From: Candidatus Aegiribacteria sp.
GTDB lineage: Bacteria; Fermentibacterota; Fermentibacteria; Fermentibacterales; JCC-6
Direction: 5' to 3'
DNA length: 26,895 nucleotides
Assembly (NCBI GenBank): GCA_046498225.1
Contig: JAWOBF010000119.1
Span: 1-26,895, forward strand
Shown here: positions 1-9,112 of the stretch, piece by piece
Numbering within the stretch: the first letter of the stretch is position 1
Layout: each line of letters begins with the position of its first letter
The notes under the pieces: model-generated
Database searches by the model: none
Told to the model about the DNA's origin: nothing
The model's input: the letters and a program-made list of their open reading frames with translations, nothing else
Made by a program: the position numbers and the translations under genes

Positions 1-151
1 GGTCCACGTCCCTCTTCCGCATTATCTTTCGCAGAAGCCTCCTTACGCCGGTGGCGGCGAGCTTGCCCAGCAGGAATATGGCGATGGCGGGCAGTATGTT
101 CAGGCCGTACAGGGCCGCCAGCTCCTTGACCTGCAGCCAGATGTCTTCCAT
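1..151 (-). CDS. mscS: Small-conductance mechanosensitive channel (MscS family), 5' part; runs off the window edge
   Basis: Not in the ORF track. Manual translation from the ATG at 151 gives MEDIWLQVKELAALYGLNILPAIAIFLLGKLAATGVRRLLRKIMRKRDVD, a TM1 helix plus basic amphipathic segment typical of MscS N-termini. GAGGAG RBS lies just upstream. Confidence 0.7.
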   Translation of the reverse strand, partial: MEDIWLQVKELAALYGLNILPAIAIFLLGKLAATGVRRLLRKIMRKRDVD

Positions 152-185
152 TTCAACTCCTCATCCATGGTGGGACAGAATTCGG

Positions 186-1277
186 TCAGGGCCTCCAGGT
201 GATTCCAAAGGATATCAGGGCGAAGCTCTCCTTGAGTTCGTCAGGCTCTCCGGGCACCAGGAAATAGGAGTCCCTGGCCATGGAAGACCAGGCGAAGCCG
301 GTGTCCAGATCAACCTTCCCCAGCCTCAGACTTGTGCCCACGGAGAGTCCCATCCGGAGTTCAGTATCCACGTTCTCGTAGTTCGGCGTGCCGAACGTCA
401 GGGCGCCCATAAAACTCAGACTGGACGAGAGGAATCCCCGTCCGAAGAGCTTGACGTCCGTGGAATTCCTTCCGCCCGGGTCTCCCAGCTCCACTTCGGC
501 CCCCACTGCTCCCTGCCGGGCCCCATCGGTGTACAGAAGTCCTCCGATGGCTGCCCTGGCGGGATAATCGTCATCCTCCGACGCCCATGACAGACCAATT
601 CGGGCGAAGTCCAGGGGCAGCTCCATTCCGGCGTGCCAGCAGAAAGAGCTGAATTCCCTCTCCCGGGTGACCAGGGTATCGTTGTCATGGTCATTCACGT
701 CCACGTAGCTGGAATCGTAGCTGGCGGAGCCGAACCTCATTCCCGCCGAAAGTCCCAGGTCCAGCCAGCGGGCGGCGCTGTAGGAAATGCCTCCCACCGC
801 CTCGTACATGCTTCCGGTGATGGAGAGTTCCCTTATCTCGCTGAGGTAGCTGGTCTGACCCGGCTGGAAGTCGTACTGGTAGTGGGAGAAATCGTAGGAG
901 ATATCCGTTACCTTTGCCAGCGCTGCGCCCGCGCTGAACTCCCGGCCTACCGGCATCGAGACGCCGGCGAAGAGCGTGGAGAGGCTCAGCCAGTTTGATT
1001 TGTGCTCTCCCAGGCTGTCAAGCATGAACTCCCGTCCTATGCCGGGACCCATGGAGAGGGTGACGGCGGGTCCCGTCAGGCCGCTCATGCCGGCGGGATT
1101 TGTGAGAACTGAGGAGCCGTCCTCGAGTCCAATGGACCTCAGGCCGCCCGAAGCCACGGAACGGGCGGTGAAACCCGGAAGCGGCGTGCCCGCTCCCCCG
1201 GAGTTGAGGTATCCGAAGCCCGCGGAGGAGGAGGGAAGCAGTACGAGCAGGGCCATTATCGGGATCAATCTCTTCAT
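186..1277 (-). CDS. Outer-membrane beta-barrel protein, PorV/FadL (OmpP1)-like
   Basis: 363 aa with signal peptide MKRLIPIMALLVLLPSSSA, the motif ARSVASGG...NPAGM resembling the ARxxxMGG...NPAG plug of PorV/FadL barrels, alternating amphipathic strands, and C-terminus SFGITWRP. Upstream RBS-like AGGGGA. Confidence 0.65.
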   Translation of the reverse strand: MKRLIPIMALLVLLPSSSAGFGYLNSGGAGTPLPGFTARSVASGGLRSIGLEDGSSVLTNPAGMSGLTGPAVTLSMGPGIGREFMLDSLGEHKSNWLSLSTLFAGVSMPVGREFSAGAALAKVTDISYDFSHYQYDFQPGQTSYLSEIRELSITGSMYEAVGGISYSAARWLDLGLSAGMRFGSASYDSSYVDVNDHDNDTLVTREREFSSFCWHAGMELPLDFARIGLSWASEDDDYPARAAIGGLLYTDGARQGAVGAEVELGDPGGRNSTDVKLFGRGFLSSSLSFMGALTFGTPNYENVDTELRMGLSVGTSLRLGKVDLDTGFAWSSMARDSYFLVPGEPDELKESFALISFGITWRP

Positions 1278-1431
1278 GGTATTCCCCTGTCATGTTGGTT
1301 CTAGAAAATCTACCTATAGTATATAAGGTTCGGCCTGTCACGGCATATTTGCCGAGTCATACCGAAGTTGTATCTTAAACTCTCATCGGGCCCGGCCGCC
1401 TCACTTCATACAGGACAGGGAGATCGCGCAA

Positions 1432-1923
1432 ATGGAATACCGCCTTATAATTTTCGACGCGGACGGAACTCTGAGGTACTGCACGGTCCGGGGACAGCCC
1501 TGCCCCAACAGGGACGGCGAATGGGAGCTGTATCCCGGTGTTGCGGAAAAGCTGTCGGAATTTCGGTGGGCGCCCCCCGGCGACGGTCCGGGAACAGGGT
1601 ACGGCATCGCCAGCAACCAGGGAGGAGTGGGAGTTGGGTACTTCTCCGGGGAGACAGCGATGGAGCTCCTCGAGGATACTTTCCGGCAGGCTTTCGGTTT
1701 CAGTCCCGCCCGGGGCACTGTGGAGATATGTCCCCATGCCCCCCGAAGCGGCTGCGACTGCCGCAAGCCGGCCGCCGGCATGCTGGTCCGCCTCATGGAC
1801 CTCTACGGGGTCGAACCTTCGGAGGTGCTGTTCGTGGGAGACCGGGAAGCGGACAGGGCCGCGGCGGAGAACGCCGGGTGTGATTTCCAGTGGGCGAAGG
1901 ACTTCTTTGACCGGGACAGCTGA
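1432..1923 (+). CDS. HAD-superfamily subfamily IIIA phosphatase (GmhB/HisB-like)
   Basis: Motifs FDADGTL (DxD), SNQGG, CPH...CDCRKP (Zn site plus catalytic Lys) and VGDREAD. GGGAG RBS upstream. Confidence 0.85.
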   Translation: MEYRLIIFDADGTLRYCTVRGQPCPNRDGEWELYPGVAEKLSEFRWAPPGDGPGTGYGIASNQGGVGVGYFSGETAMELLEDTFRQAFGFSPARGTVEICPHAPRSGCDCRKPAAGMLVRLMDLYGVEPSEVLFVGDREADRAAAENAGCDFQWAKDFFDRDS

Positions 1924-3530
1924 TGGATACACCACTGGATACCCTGCCTGTTTCGGTGTTCGACTGCCAGACCACAGGGGCCTCCCCCGGCCGGGGACAC
2001 CTGATGGAGATGGCCTGGGCACGGTTTCCTTCGGGGAACGGCCGGGAGAAAGTGCGCGTGCACTCATTCCTGGTCGCCCTGCCCCGCGGCCAGACCGTTC
2101 CTCCCAGGATATCGGGGCTGACGGGAATAACCGATGACATGCTGCGGGACGGTATCTCGTGCGACGAGCTCTCCAGGATGCTGCCCCCTCTTTTTCGCGG
2201 CAGGGTCCCGGTGGCTCACTTCGCCCCATTCGAGGAACGGTGGATCGCCTCCCTCCTGTCCCCGCGGGAGGAGGGACCCGGAATGCCGCGATTCATATGC
2301 ACGAGGGAGATAGCCAGAAGGCTCTACCCCGGACTTCCCAGGAAGGGAATAAGGGCGCTGGCGGGCTACCTGGGCCTGAGCATGGAACGGCACAGGAGGG
2401 CCCGAGACCATGTGCTGGCCACGGTCCATATCTGGAGGAGAGAGCTGGGAGACCTGAAGGCGGCGGAAGTGACAACCCTGGAACAGCTGAGGGAGATGCT
2501 CTCCGCTCCTCCGCCGGAAACCTCCGGCTTCAGCTACCCCCTTCCAAGGGAAGATCGGCTTTCACTGCCCGACTCACCCGGCGTATACCGTTTCCTGTCG
2601 AAGGAGGGAGGAGTCCTCTACGCCGGCAGGGCGGCGTCCCTTAAAAGGAGGGTCAACAGCTACTTCACCAGGAGGAAGGGACCGGAGAGGACCCTTGAGC
2701 TGGTCTCCCGGGTACACCATGTGGAGGTGGAGGAATGCGCCACACCCCTGGAGGCCTCTCTGCTGGAGTTCCAGACCATAAGGGAGCACGACCCCCCCTA
2801 CAACGTAGTGCTCCGGGACAGGGGTGAAGATACCCTGTTCCTATCCGGGAATACGGGGGACGGGGCTGCATGGGGTCCTGTGCTCTCTCGCTCGCCGGCC
2901 CTTCTCCTTCCAAAACTGCTCCACGCCCTGAATGCCGGAGAAACCGTCAGCTCCGAAGAGCTGGGCCTGGATTACCTGCCCCTGAGGGAGGGAGCCCTGA
3001 AGGAGGGTTTCAGTCTGTTCATGGAAGAGGTCCCGCCCGCCGCTCCGATGACCATGGAAGGTCTGCTGGCGGCGGGAAGGAAGCTGTGGGACAGGGAGGA
3101 GGAAACGAAGGGTGAGGACGATATCGGTGAGCCCCGGGAGTTCCTGGACGCGGTATCCGTCTGCAGCCACCTTAAAAGGACACTGGCGGCGGCCGCCAGG
3201 GACCTTCGTCTTGGAGCGTGGTTCCGGCTGCTGGGCTGGTCGAAGCTGGTCTGGACCCCTTCCGGCCGAAGCGACGTTCGAGTTCTGTCAATGCGGGGGG
3301 GGAGGGTGGCGGACGTGCACTGGGTCGCAGGCGGGCCGAAGGCCTGCGCCGGGGCTCCCATCGGTCCGGAAAACCGCGGGCAGCTGGACGGAGAAGCCTA
3401 CGGTCTTCTTCGAGTGCTTCACTCACAGGTCAGGAGGGTAGCCTCGGAAGGGAGGCTTGAAGTCCTGCACCTTCCAGGAGGCGGAAGACTTGATCCCGAA
3501 AGGGTCTCCCTCCTGTACCGCTACGTATGA
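1923..3530 (+). CDS. DnaQ/DEDDh-like domain (degenerate) fused to a UvrC/Cho-like GIY-YIG endonuclease domain
   Basis: N-terminal VFDCQTTG, LTGITDDM, AHFAPFE and HRRARDHVLAT. GIY-YIG segment LPDSPGVYRF...VLYAGRAASLKRRVNSYF...LLEFQTIREHDPPYN. TGATG overlap with the upstream gene. Confidence 0.85.
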   Translation: MDTPLDTLPVSVFDCQTTGASPGRGHLMEMAWARFPSGNGREKVRVHSFLVALPRGQTVPPRISGLTGITDDMLRDGISCDELSRMLPPLFRGRVPVAHFAPFEERWIASLLSPREEGPGMPRFICTREIARRLYPGLPRKGIRALAGYLGLSMERHRRARDHVLATVHIWRRELGDLKAAEVTTLEQLREMLSAPPPETSGFSYPLPREDRLSLPDSPGVYRFLSKEGGVLYAGRAASLKRRVNSYFTRRKGPERTLELVSRVHHVEVEECATPLEASLLEFQTIREHDPPYNVVLRDRGEDTLFLSGNTGDGAAWGPVLSRSPALLLPKLLHALNAGETVSSEELGLDYLPLREGALKEGFSLFMEEVPPAAPMTMEGLLAAGRKLWDREEETKGEDDIGEPREFLDAVSVCSHLKRTLAAAARDLRLGAWFRLLGWSKLVWTPSGRSDVRVLSMRGGRVADVHWVAGGPKACAGAPIGPENRGQLDGEAYGLLRVLHSQVRRVASEGRLEVLHLPGGGRLDPERVSLLYRYV

Positions 3531-3570
3531 AAGGCGCGGATACACAAACGCAGGTGAAAGGGAGTGAGCC

Positions 3571-4716
3571 ATGAAAGTCGCAGTTCTGGGCGGAGGTCTC
3601 GTGGGGGGAGCGGCAGCCAGGGACCTGGCGTCGGATGGCGAGTTCCGGGTGAGGGTCTGCGACGCCTCGGAAGCGGCGCTGGAGAGATTCGCCGACGACC
3701 GGGGAATAGAGACCATGCACGCCGACCTCTCCCGCGAAGGAGCGGTGGCTTCCGCGGTGGCCGGCGCGGACCTGGTGGTGGGAGCCGTTCCCGGATTCAT
3801 GGGATTTCAGACAGTAAGACGGGTGATAGAGGAGGGGAAGGATATCGTGGACATATCCTTCTTTCCGGAGGATCCCTTCGGGCTGGACGGCCCCGCGAGG
3901 AAGAGGGGCGTCCGGTGTCTGGTGGACCTGGGCATCGCCCCGGGATGCAGCAACCTGGTATGCGGCAGAGCCCGGGAGACCTTCCGCGATATCACAGAGT
4001 TCTCCTGTATGGTGGGAGGCCTTCCGGAGGAGAGAAAACTTCCATGGGAGTACCAGGCGCCCTTCTCCCCCGCCGACGTCCTGGAGGAGTACACCCGTCC
4101 GGCGAGGCTGGTAAGGGACGGAAAGGCGCTTACCCTGCCTCCCCTAACGGAACGTGAGCTGGTGGACTTTCCGGGTGTGGGGACCCTGGAGGCTTTCCTC
4201 ACCGACGGTCTGAGAACCCTTCTCCGGGGGGGTGATATACCGAATATGGTGGAGAAGACCCTCCGCTACCCTGGTTATGTCGACAAGGTGCTCCTCCTGA
4301 GGGAAACCGGCTTCCTGGACAGCGAGGAAGTGGAAACGTCCGGGGGCCGGGTTGCCCCGCTGGAACTGACCTCCGAACTTCTGTTCAGGGCATGGGAGCA
4401 GAAGCCGGGGGACCGTGACCTGACGGTGATGCGCATGAAAGTGGCGGGAAGGGAAGGTGACGGACGCCCGGTAACCAGGGTGTGGAACCTGCTGGACAGG
4501 TACGACGTTAACAGCGGGACCACTTCCATGGCCAGGACCACCGGATACACCTGTACCGCCGGTGTCAGGCTTCTTGCCCGGGAAAAATGGAAGGAGACCG
4601 GGGTCCATCCCCCGGAGGACCTCGGAAGGCTTGAGGACTGCTACACATTCGTGATGGACCAGCTGAAACAGAGGGGCGTGCTTTTTGAGGTGAAGGATGA
4701 AAACAAAGGCCGTTGA
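3571..4716 (+). CDS. Saccharopine dehydrogenase family protein (lysine 6-dehydrogenase-like)
   Basis: Rossmann motif VLGGGLVG, plus AVPGFMG, DLGIAPG, VGGLP, EEYTRPAR, LEAFLTDGLRTL, EKTLRYPG and TSMARTTGY. GGGAG RBS upstream. Confidence 0.88.
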   Translation: MKVAVLGGGLVGGAAARDLASDGEFRVRVCDASEAALERFADDRGIETMHADLSREGAVASAVAGADLVVGAVPGFMGFQTVRRVIEEGKDIVDISFFPEDPFGLDGPARKRGVRCLVDLGIAPGCSNLVCGRARETFRDITEFSCMVGGLPEERKLPWEYQAPFSPADVLEEYTRPARLVRDGKALTLPPLTERELVDFPGVGTLEAFLTDGLRTLLRGGDIPNMVEKTLRYPGYVDKVLLLRETGFLDSEEVETSGGRVAPLELTSELLFRAWEQKPGDRDLTVMRMKVAGREGDGRPVTRVWNLLDRYDVNSGTTSMARTTGYTCTAGVRLLAREKWKETGVHPPEDLGRLEDCYTFVMDQLKQRGVLFEVKDENKGR

Positions 4717-4734
4717 AAGCGCGGTGAGAACCCC

Positions 4735-5904
4735 TCAGAAGTAGTATCCCAGCCTGGCGTAAACCAGGTCCGGCCATCCTCCGAACTCCGACCTGAGGGT
4801 GCCCATGGAGCCCGGCCCCCTGCCCGCTCCGAAGTTCGCCCCCCACTGCAGAACCATGTTCTGGCCGGCGCTGTACTCGCCGGACAGCGAGAGGTAGGCC
4901 GAAGGGTCGGCCAGGTTCACCATGGCGCCGCCGGTCAGGGTCCACAGGGCTCCCGGGTTCCATGAGAGCCCCGGGCACAGGTAATGCCTTCCCGCCAGGT
5001 AGATCCCTCCCCGGCCGCCGGCCGGCCCGGACAGCACACTCCGGTATTCCTCCGGGCTTGTGGCGCCGGGGGAGCTGAAATGGTACTCCAGGTAGCCGTA
5101 AAGGGCCGCGCCGAACCAGCTCCTGTCATATCCCGCGGAAAGGCTCCAGAAAGCGTCTCCCCCGCCCTCATCGGACAAACGGCCCGGCCAGACCACCGCC
5201 GTCTCCGCCCAGCCCGTGCCCCGGCCCACGGTTCGGTTGAGACTTCCTCCCGCCATCAGGTTCTCCCTGAAGCAGGCGGCCAGCAGCATGGCATCGGTCT
5301 GCGCAAGGTAGAACCGTCCCCGGAACCAGCAGGCGCTTTCCTCGAATTTCGCGTCCTCTCCCCAGGCGTACCCCGCGTCCAGCTCCGACAGGGTTCCAAC
5401 CGGGAACACCGACCTGAGGGCGTCCACTCCGGTCCTGTACTCCGTATCCCGGGCGCCGTAGCGAATTGGCGCTATGAAATCGGTGGGACTCACCGATTTC
5501 GCCACACCCCAGTATATCGCCTGCCTTCCCGCGGTAAGGGTGGCCGCGGAAGCCGCCAGGCTCAGGCTGAGCCTGTCCAGGTCATGCACGAGGCTGAAAG
5601 AGGTTCCATCTCCGGATGTTGACGCTATCACCCTGTCCGGGTCGCATATCCTGAATATTCCGCCGCCTCCCAGATCGTCCTCCCCCAGGGCGGGGTTTCC
5701 CGCGGAGGGTGTAAGGGTCCAGGCCGCCTCCAGGCGAAGATCGCTCTCGCGCCTTTGGAACATCAGCCTGAGGGGGGACCTGAGCAGTCTGCGGGAGGAG
5801 GTGACGGAGAACTCGGGCTTCAGGGAGCCGGAGACGGCGGATGCGGGGCCGGCACCGCCAAACGCGACCGCGCCGGCCAGGAGAAGCGAAGGGAGAGGTC
5901 TCAC
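4735..5904 (-). CDS. Putative outer-membrane beta-barrel protein associated with the ABC transporter
   Basis: Signal-peptide-like N-terminus, LDRL...GRQAIYWG...PTDF...GVDALR pattern, and terminal beta-signal YARLGYYF. GTGA overlap with the ATPase stop codon. Confidence 0.65.
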   Translation of the reverse strand: MRPLPSLLLAGAVAFGGAGPASAVSGSLKPEFSVTSSRRLLRSPLRLMFQRRESDLRLEAAWTLTPSAGNPALGEDDLGGGGIFRICDPDRVIASTSGDGTSFSLVHDLDRLSLSLAASAATLTAGRQAIYWGVAKSVSPTDFIAPIRYGARDTEYRTGVDALRSVFPVGTLSELDAGYAWGEDAKFEESACWFRGRFYLAQTDAMLLAACFRENLMAGGSLNRTVGRGTGWAETAVVWPGRLSDEGGGDAFWSLSAGYDRSWFGAALYGYLEYHFSSPGATSPEEYRSVLSGPAGGRGGIYLAGRHYLCPGLSWNPGALWTLTGGAMVNLADPSAYLSLSGEYSAGQNMVLQWGANFGAGRGPGSMGTLRSEFGGWPDLVYARLGYYF

Positions 5905-6602
5905 TCGAAGTCCTCCGGGTCCGCCCGGCCGTCTATCCTGCCGTCCCGCAGGACAACTATCTTGTCGGCCCTCCGCATGACCACCTCGTCATGGGTGGAA
6001 AAGAGGAAGGTCATTCCGGTCTCCCTGTTCAGGCCGCGCATCATGTCCAGCAGTTCCCCGCTGGTCTCCGAGTCCAGGTTGGCGGTCGGTTCGTCGGCTA
6101 TGACCAGGGAGGGTTCCGACACCATGGCTCTGGCCACCGCCACCCTCTGCTGCTGGCCGCCGGAGAGTTTCATGGGGCGCCTGTCAGCGTAATCGGCCAG
6201 TCCCACCTTTTCCAGTATGTCCATCACCCGATCGTGCCTCTCCTTCTTCGGCACCCCCTGAAGCAGCATGATGTACTCGATGTTCTCCTCCACGCTCAGG
6301 ACGGGGAACAGGTTGTAGGCCTGGAAGATGAAACCGATATTGTCCCTCCTGAAATCGGAGAGCTCCCTTCCGCTCATATCCGAGATCAGCGTCCCGGAAA
6401 GCCACACTTTTCCCTCGGTGGGGGTGTCCAGGCCGGCTATGAGGTTCAGGAAGGTGGTCTTGCCGGATCCGGAGGGCCCTATTATCGCGGTGAACTCTCC
6501 CCTGCTCAGGGTATAGTCTATTCCCCTGACCGCACGGACCGGGACCCCCGAATCGTCGTAGGTTTTCTCAAGGCCTTCTGTGACTATAACGTCTTCACTC
6601 AT
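5901..6602 (-). CDS. ABC transporter ATP-binding protein (LolD/MacB-type)
   Basis: Walker A GPSGSGKT, Q-loop FIFQAYNL, signature LSGGQQQR, Walker B VIADEPT and H-loop STHD. I prefer the ATG at 6602 (GGAG upstream); 6614 is an alternative start. Confidence 0.93.
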   Translation of the reverse strand: MSEDVIVTEGLEKTYDDSGVPVRAVRGIDYTLSRGEFTAIIGPSGSGKTTFLNLIAGLDTPTEGKVWLSGTLISDMSGRELSDFRRDNIGFIFQAYNLFPVLSVEENIEYIMLLQGVPKKERHDRVMDILEKVGLADYADRRPMKLSGGQQQRVAVARAMVSEPSLVIADEPTANLDSETSGELLDMMRGLNRETGMTFLFSTHDEVVMRRADKIVVLRDGRIDGRADPEDFE

Positions 6603-6618
6603 ATTCCTCTCCATTATC

Positions 6619-7842
6619 CTACAGGCTTCTTCGCATGGACTCCGCCGGATCCCGCCGGGCGGCGTGAATGCCGGGGAAGACGCCGGCGAAAGTTGTGAGC
6701 AGGAGTGTGAACGCAGGGTAGATCCAGCCGCCGGCGAAGGTTATCTCCGGGAATATCGGCCGGTCGAAGACAACGCCGGAGAACTGTATCTCGCCGAAGC
6801 TTATACCTGTCCCCGAGGTTATCCAGATGGTGGCAAGGCCCAGCGCCAGACCGATGGCGGTGCTTATAACTCCCAGCCAGAACGCCTCCATGATCACCAT
6901 AGCCGCCATGGTTCCGGGTCTTGTGCCCACCGCCTTCATTATGCCCAGTTCGAACATTCTCTCGTATACCGACATGAACAGGGAGTTGACTATTCCGAAT
7001 ACCACCAGACCGAAGAGGATGACCGACATTATGAACATGCTCATATCAACCATGTCCAGCATGCCTGTAAGCTGGGGAGACAGTTCCCGCCAGCTTTCCG
7101 CCGCGTTCCCGAAGCCGGAGTAGCGGTCCCAGAACGCGAGCGAGGTGTCGGAGGCGAGTTCCGGATCCGGGAACGACACCGCTATCTCGTGGACCCCTCC
7201 GTTCATTCCCAGCAGGTCGTCGGCCGAGCCTATGTTGACAAAGGCCATGTACCTGTCCTGCTTTTCGCTTCCGAACCGGCAGATACCGGAGAGAACGTAC
7301 ATGCTGCCGGCAAGACCGCTGTCCATCCCGGCCGCCGTCATGACCAGAACATCGCCCAGCTCCGCCCGCAGGTCCTCGGCCAGCCTGTATCCCACCACTA
7401 TTTCCATGCTGTCCCCGCTGAGATAGCTCCCGGTATCGATGGCGCTCTCAAGCATGGAGACCTCCGGGTCGGTGGTCCAGTCCACACCCGTCAGGGTAAC
7501 CGGCTTCATCTCCCGCGCGGAGGATAGTGACGCCGGCGAGATGACCCTGGCGGTGTATGCCCGGACCAGGGAATCTTCTGAAAGCATGGCCAGCACTGTG
7601 TCCGAGCGGTTTATCACCAGCTCCAGCCGGCGGGTGTCCAGGAACCCCTCCCGGTGTATCTGCGCCTCCCCCAGCCAGGGTTCCGTGGTGGCGGTCACCA
7701 TGTGGGAGGTCATGCCCTCCATCAGGCTCTCGGTGAACAGAAGGGCCGCCAGGCCTACCCCCACGGCCAGCCCGGTTATCAGCGTGCGCCGGGCGTTCCT
7801 CCACAAGTTCCTCCAGGAGAACTTCAGCATCCTGAGGAACAT
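6619..7842 (-). CDS. ABC transporter permease (FtsX/LolC-E/MacB-type)
   Basis: N-terminal WRNLWRNARRTLIT, one TM helix, a large periplasmic domain, then NSLFMSVYERMFELGIMKAVG and three TM helices. Confidence 0.92.
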   Translation of the reverse strand: MFLRMLKFSWRNLWRNARRTLITGLAVGVGLAALLFTESLMEGMTSHMVTATTEPWLGEAQIHREGFLDTRRLELVINRSDTVLAMLSEDSLVRAYTARVISPASLSSAREMKPVTLTGVDWTTDPEVSMLESAIDTGSYLSGDSMEIVVGYRLAEDLRAELGDVLVMTAAGMDSGLAGSMYVLSGICRFGSEKQDRYMAFVNIGSADDLLGMNGGVHEIAVSFPDPELASDTSLAFWDRYSGFGNAAESWRELSPQLTGMLDMVDMSMFIMSVILFGLVVFGIVNSLFMSVYERMFELGIMKAVGTRPGTMAAMVIMEAFWLGVISTAIGLALGLATIWITSGTGISFGEIQFSGVVFDRPIFPEITFAGGWIYPAFTLLLTTFAGVFPGIHAARRDPAESMRRSL

Positions 7843-7843
7843 G

Positions 7844-9109
7844 TCAGACCGTCCTGAGAGCTTTCGCGGCGCTTGTATGCGCCGCCTTAAGGGCGGGCGG
7901 AAGGCTGACCACCGCGGCGGTCAGAACCACGCAGAGGGCCGGTATCCAGTAGCAGGAAGGGTTGATGGTGGCTATCATCTCCCTGAAGAACGTTCCGCCG
8001 TACTCTATGGGGGTCTCGAGTGTCAGGCCGTGGCTGGACAGGTAAAGAAGGGCTCCGGTGCTCAGCGCGGCGCCGGCGATAATGCTCATGACCCCCATGA
8101 TACAGGCTTCCAGAACGATCATCCTGATGATGAAGCCCGGCCTGGTCCCCAGGGCCTTCATCACTCCGAACTCCCTCCGTCTCTCGAGGACCATCATCAG
8201 AATGGTGTTCAGCACGCCCATGGCAGCCACGAGAAGTATTACGAATATGGTAATTCTCATGCTGGCCTCGTCGGCTTTCATTCCGTTGTAGAACTCCCTT
8301 GCGAAGGTCTTCCATGAACTCACTTCCAGCTCCCTGTCCGAGAGCCTGGCGGATATTTCCCGGGTTAACCTGTCCACCTGTCCAAGGGATGACACCATTA
8401 CCGCTATCTCGTGCGCCCTTCCCTCCAGGGCGAAGAGGAGCTGCGCGTCCTTCAGCGTTATGTAGCATGTGTTCCGATCGATCTCGGCATTGCCGGAGCT
8501 GTAGATGCCGCGGACGATGTATTTCCTGTCCGCGCTTCCCCCGTCCGCCGCCCGGGAAAGCAGCACCAGGGAATCCCCCACCGACGCTTCGAGCACCATG
8601 GCAAGCTCCCTTCCCAGCAGTATCTCACCGGTGGCGGAGTAGGAAGTATCCGCCGCTGAAGACGACAGGGTCTCCCCCTCCACTATCCTGTCGGAGAATC
8701 CCGTGGCCCTCTCCTCCATCTCCGGGTCCACCGCGATGACCGAGGCTGCCGCCGAGTTGGAGTAGACGCTTCCCGGCCCGGACCCTTCCGGTCTCACCGC
8801 CAGCAGCGCGCCGGCGCTGATGCGGGGGGTCCAGGCCCGGACGTCGGGAATGGAATCAAGCACGGCCCCCACACGGGAGTAATCGTCAACCGTCGTATAC
8901 ATGGAAGGATCGTCGAGGTAGCCGGCGCCGTGCACCTGTATCTGGCCGGTCCTGTTCTCGGTGAAGAACATGATGATGCTCTCGTAGGAGCCGTCCATCC
9001 ATCCGATGGCAACCGATGAGAGCACGAAGCCGCCGGTCATGGTGAGAAGGGTAAGCACCGTCCGTCTCTTCTGACGGAAAATATTCCTCCAGGCCAGTCT
9101 GGCCAGCAT
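7844..9109 (-). CDS. ABC transporter permease (FtsX/LolC-E/MacB-type), paralogue of the adjacent permease
   Basis: AWRNIFRQKRRTVLT and NTILMMVLERRREFGVMKALG motifs, with the same four-TM topology. Confidence 0.92.
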   Translation of the reverse strand: MLARLAWRNIFRQKRRTVLTLLTMTGGFVLSSVAIGWMDGSYESIIMFFTENRTGQIQVHGAGYLDDPSMYTTVDDYSRVGAVLDSIPDVRAWTPRISAGALLAVRPEGSGPGSVYSNSAAASVIAVDPEMEERATGFSDRIVEGETLSSSAADTSYSATGEILLGRELAMVLEASVGDSLVLLSRAADGGSADRKYIVRGIYSSGNAEIDRNTCYITLKDAQLLFALEGRAHEIAVMVSSLGQVDRLTREISARLSDRELEVSSWKTFAREFYNGMKADEASMRITIFVILLVAAMGVLNTILMMVLERRREFGVMKALGTRPGFIIRMIVLEACIMGVMSIIAGAALSTGALLYLSSHGLTLETPIEYGGTFFREMIATINPSCYWIPALCVVLTAAVVSLPPALKAAHTSAAKALRTV

Positions 9110-9112
9110 TCC

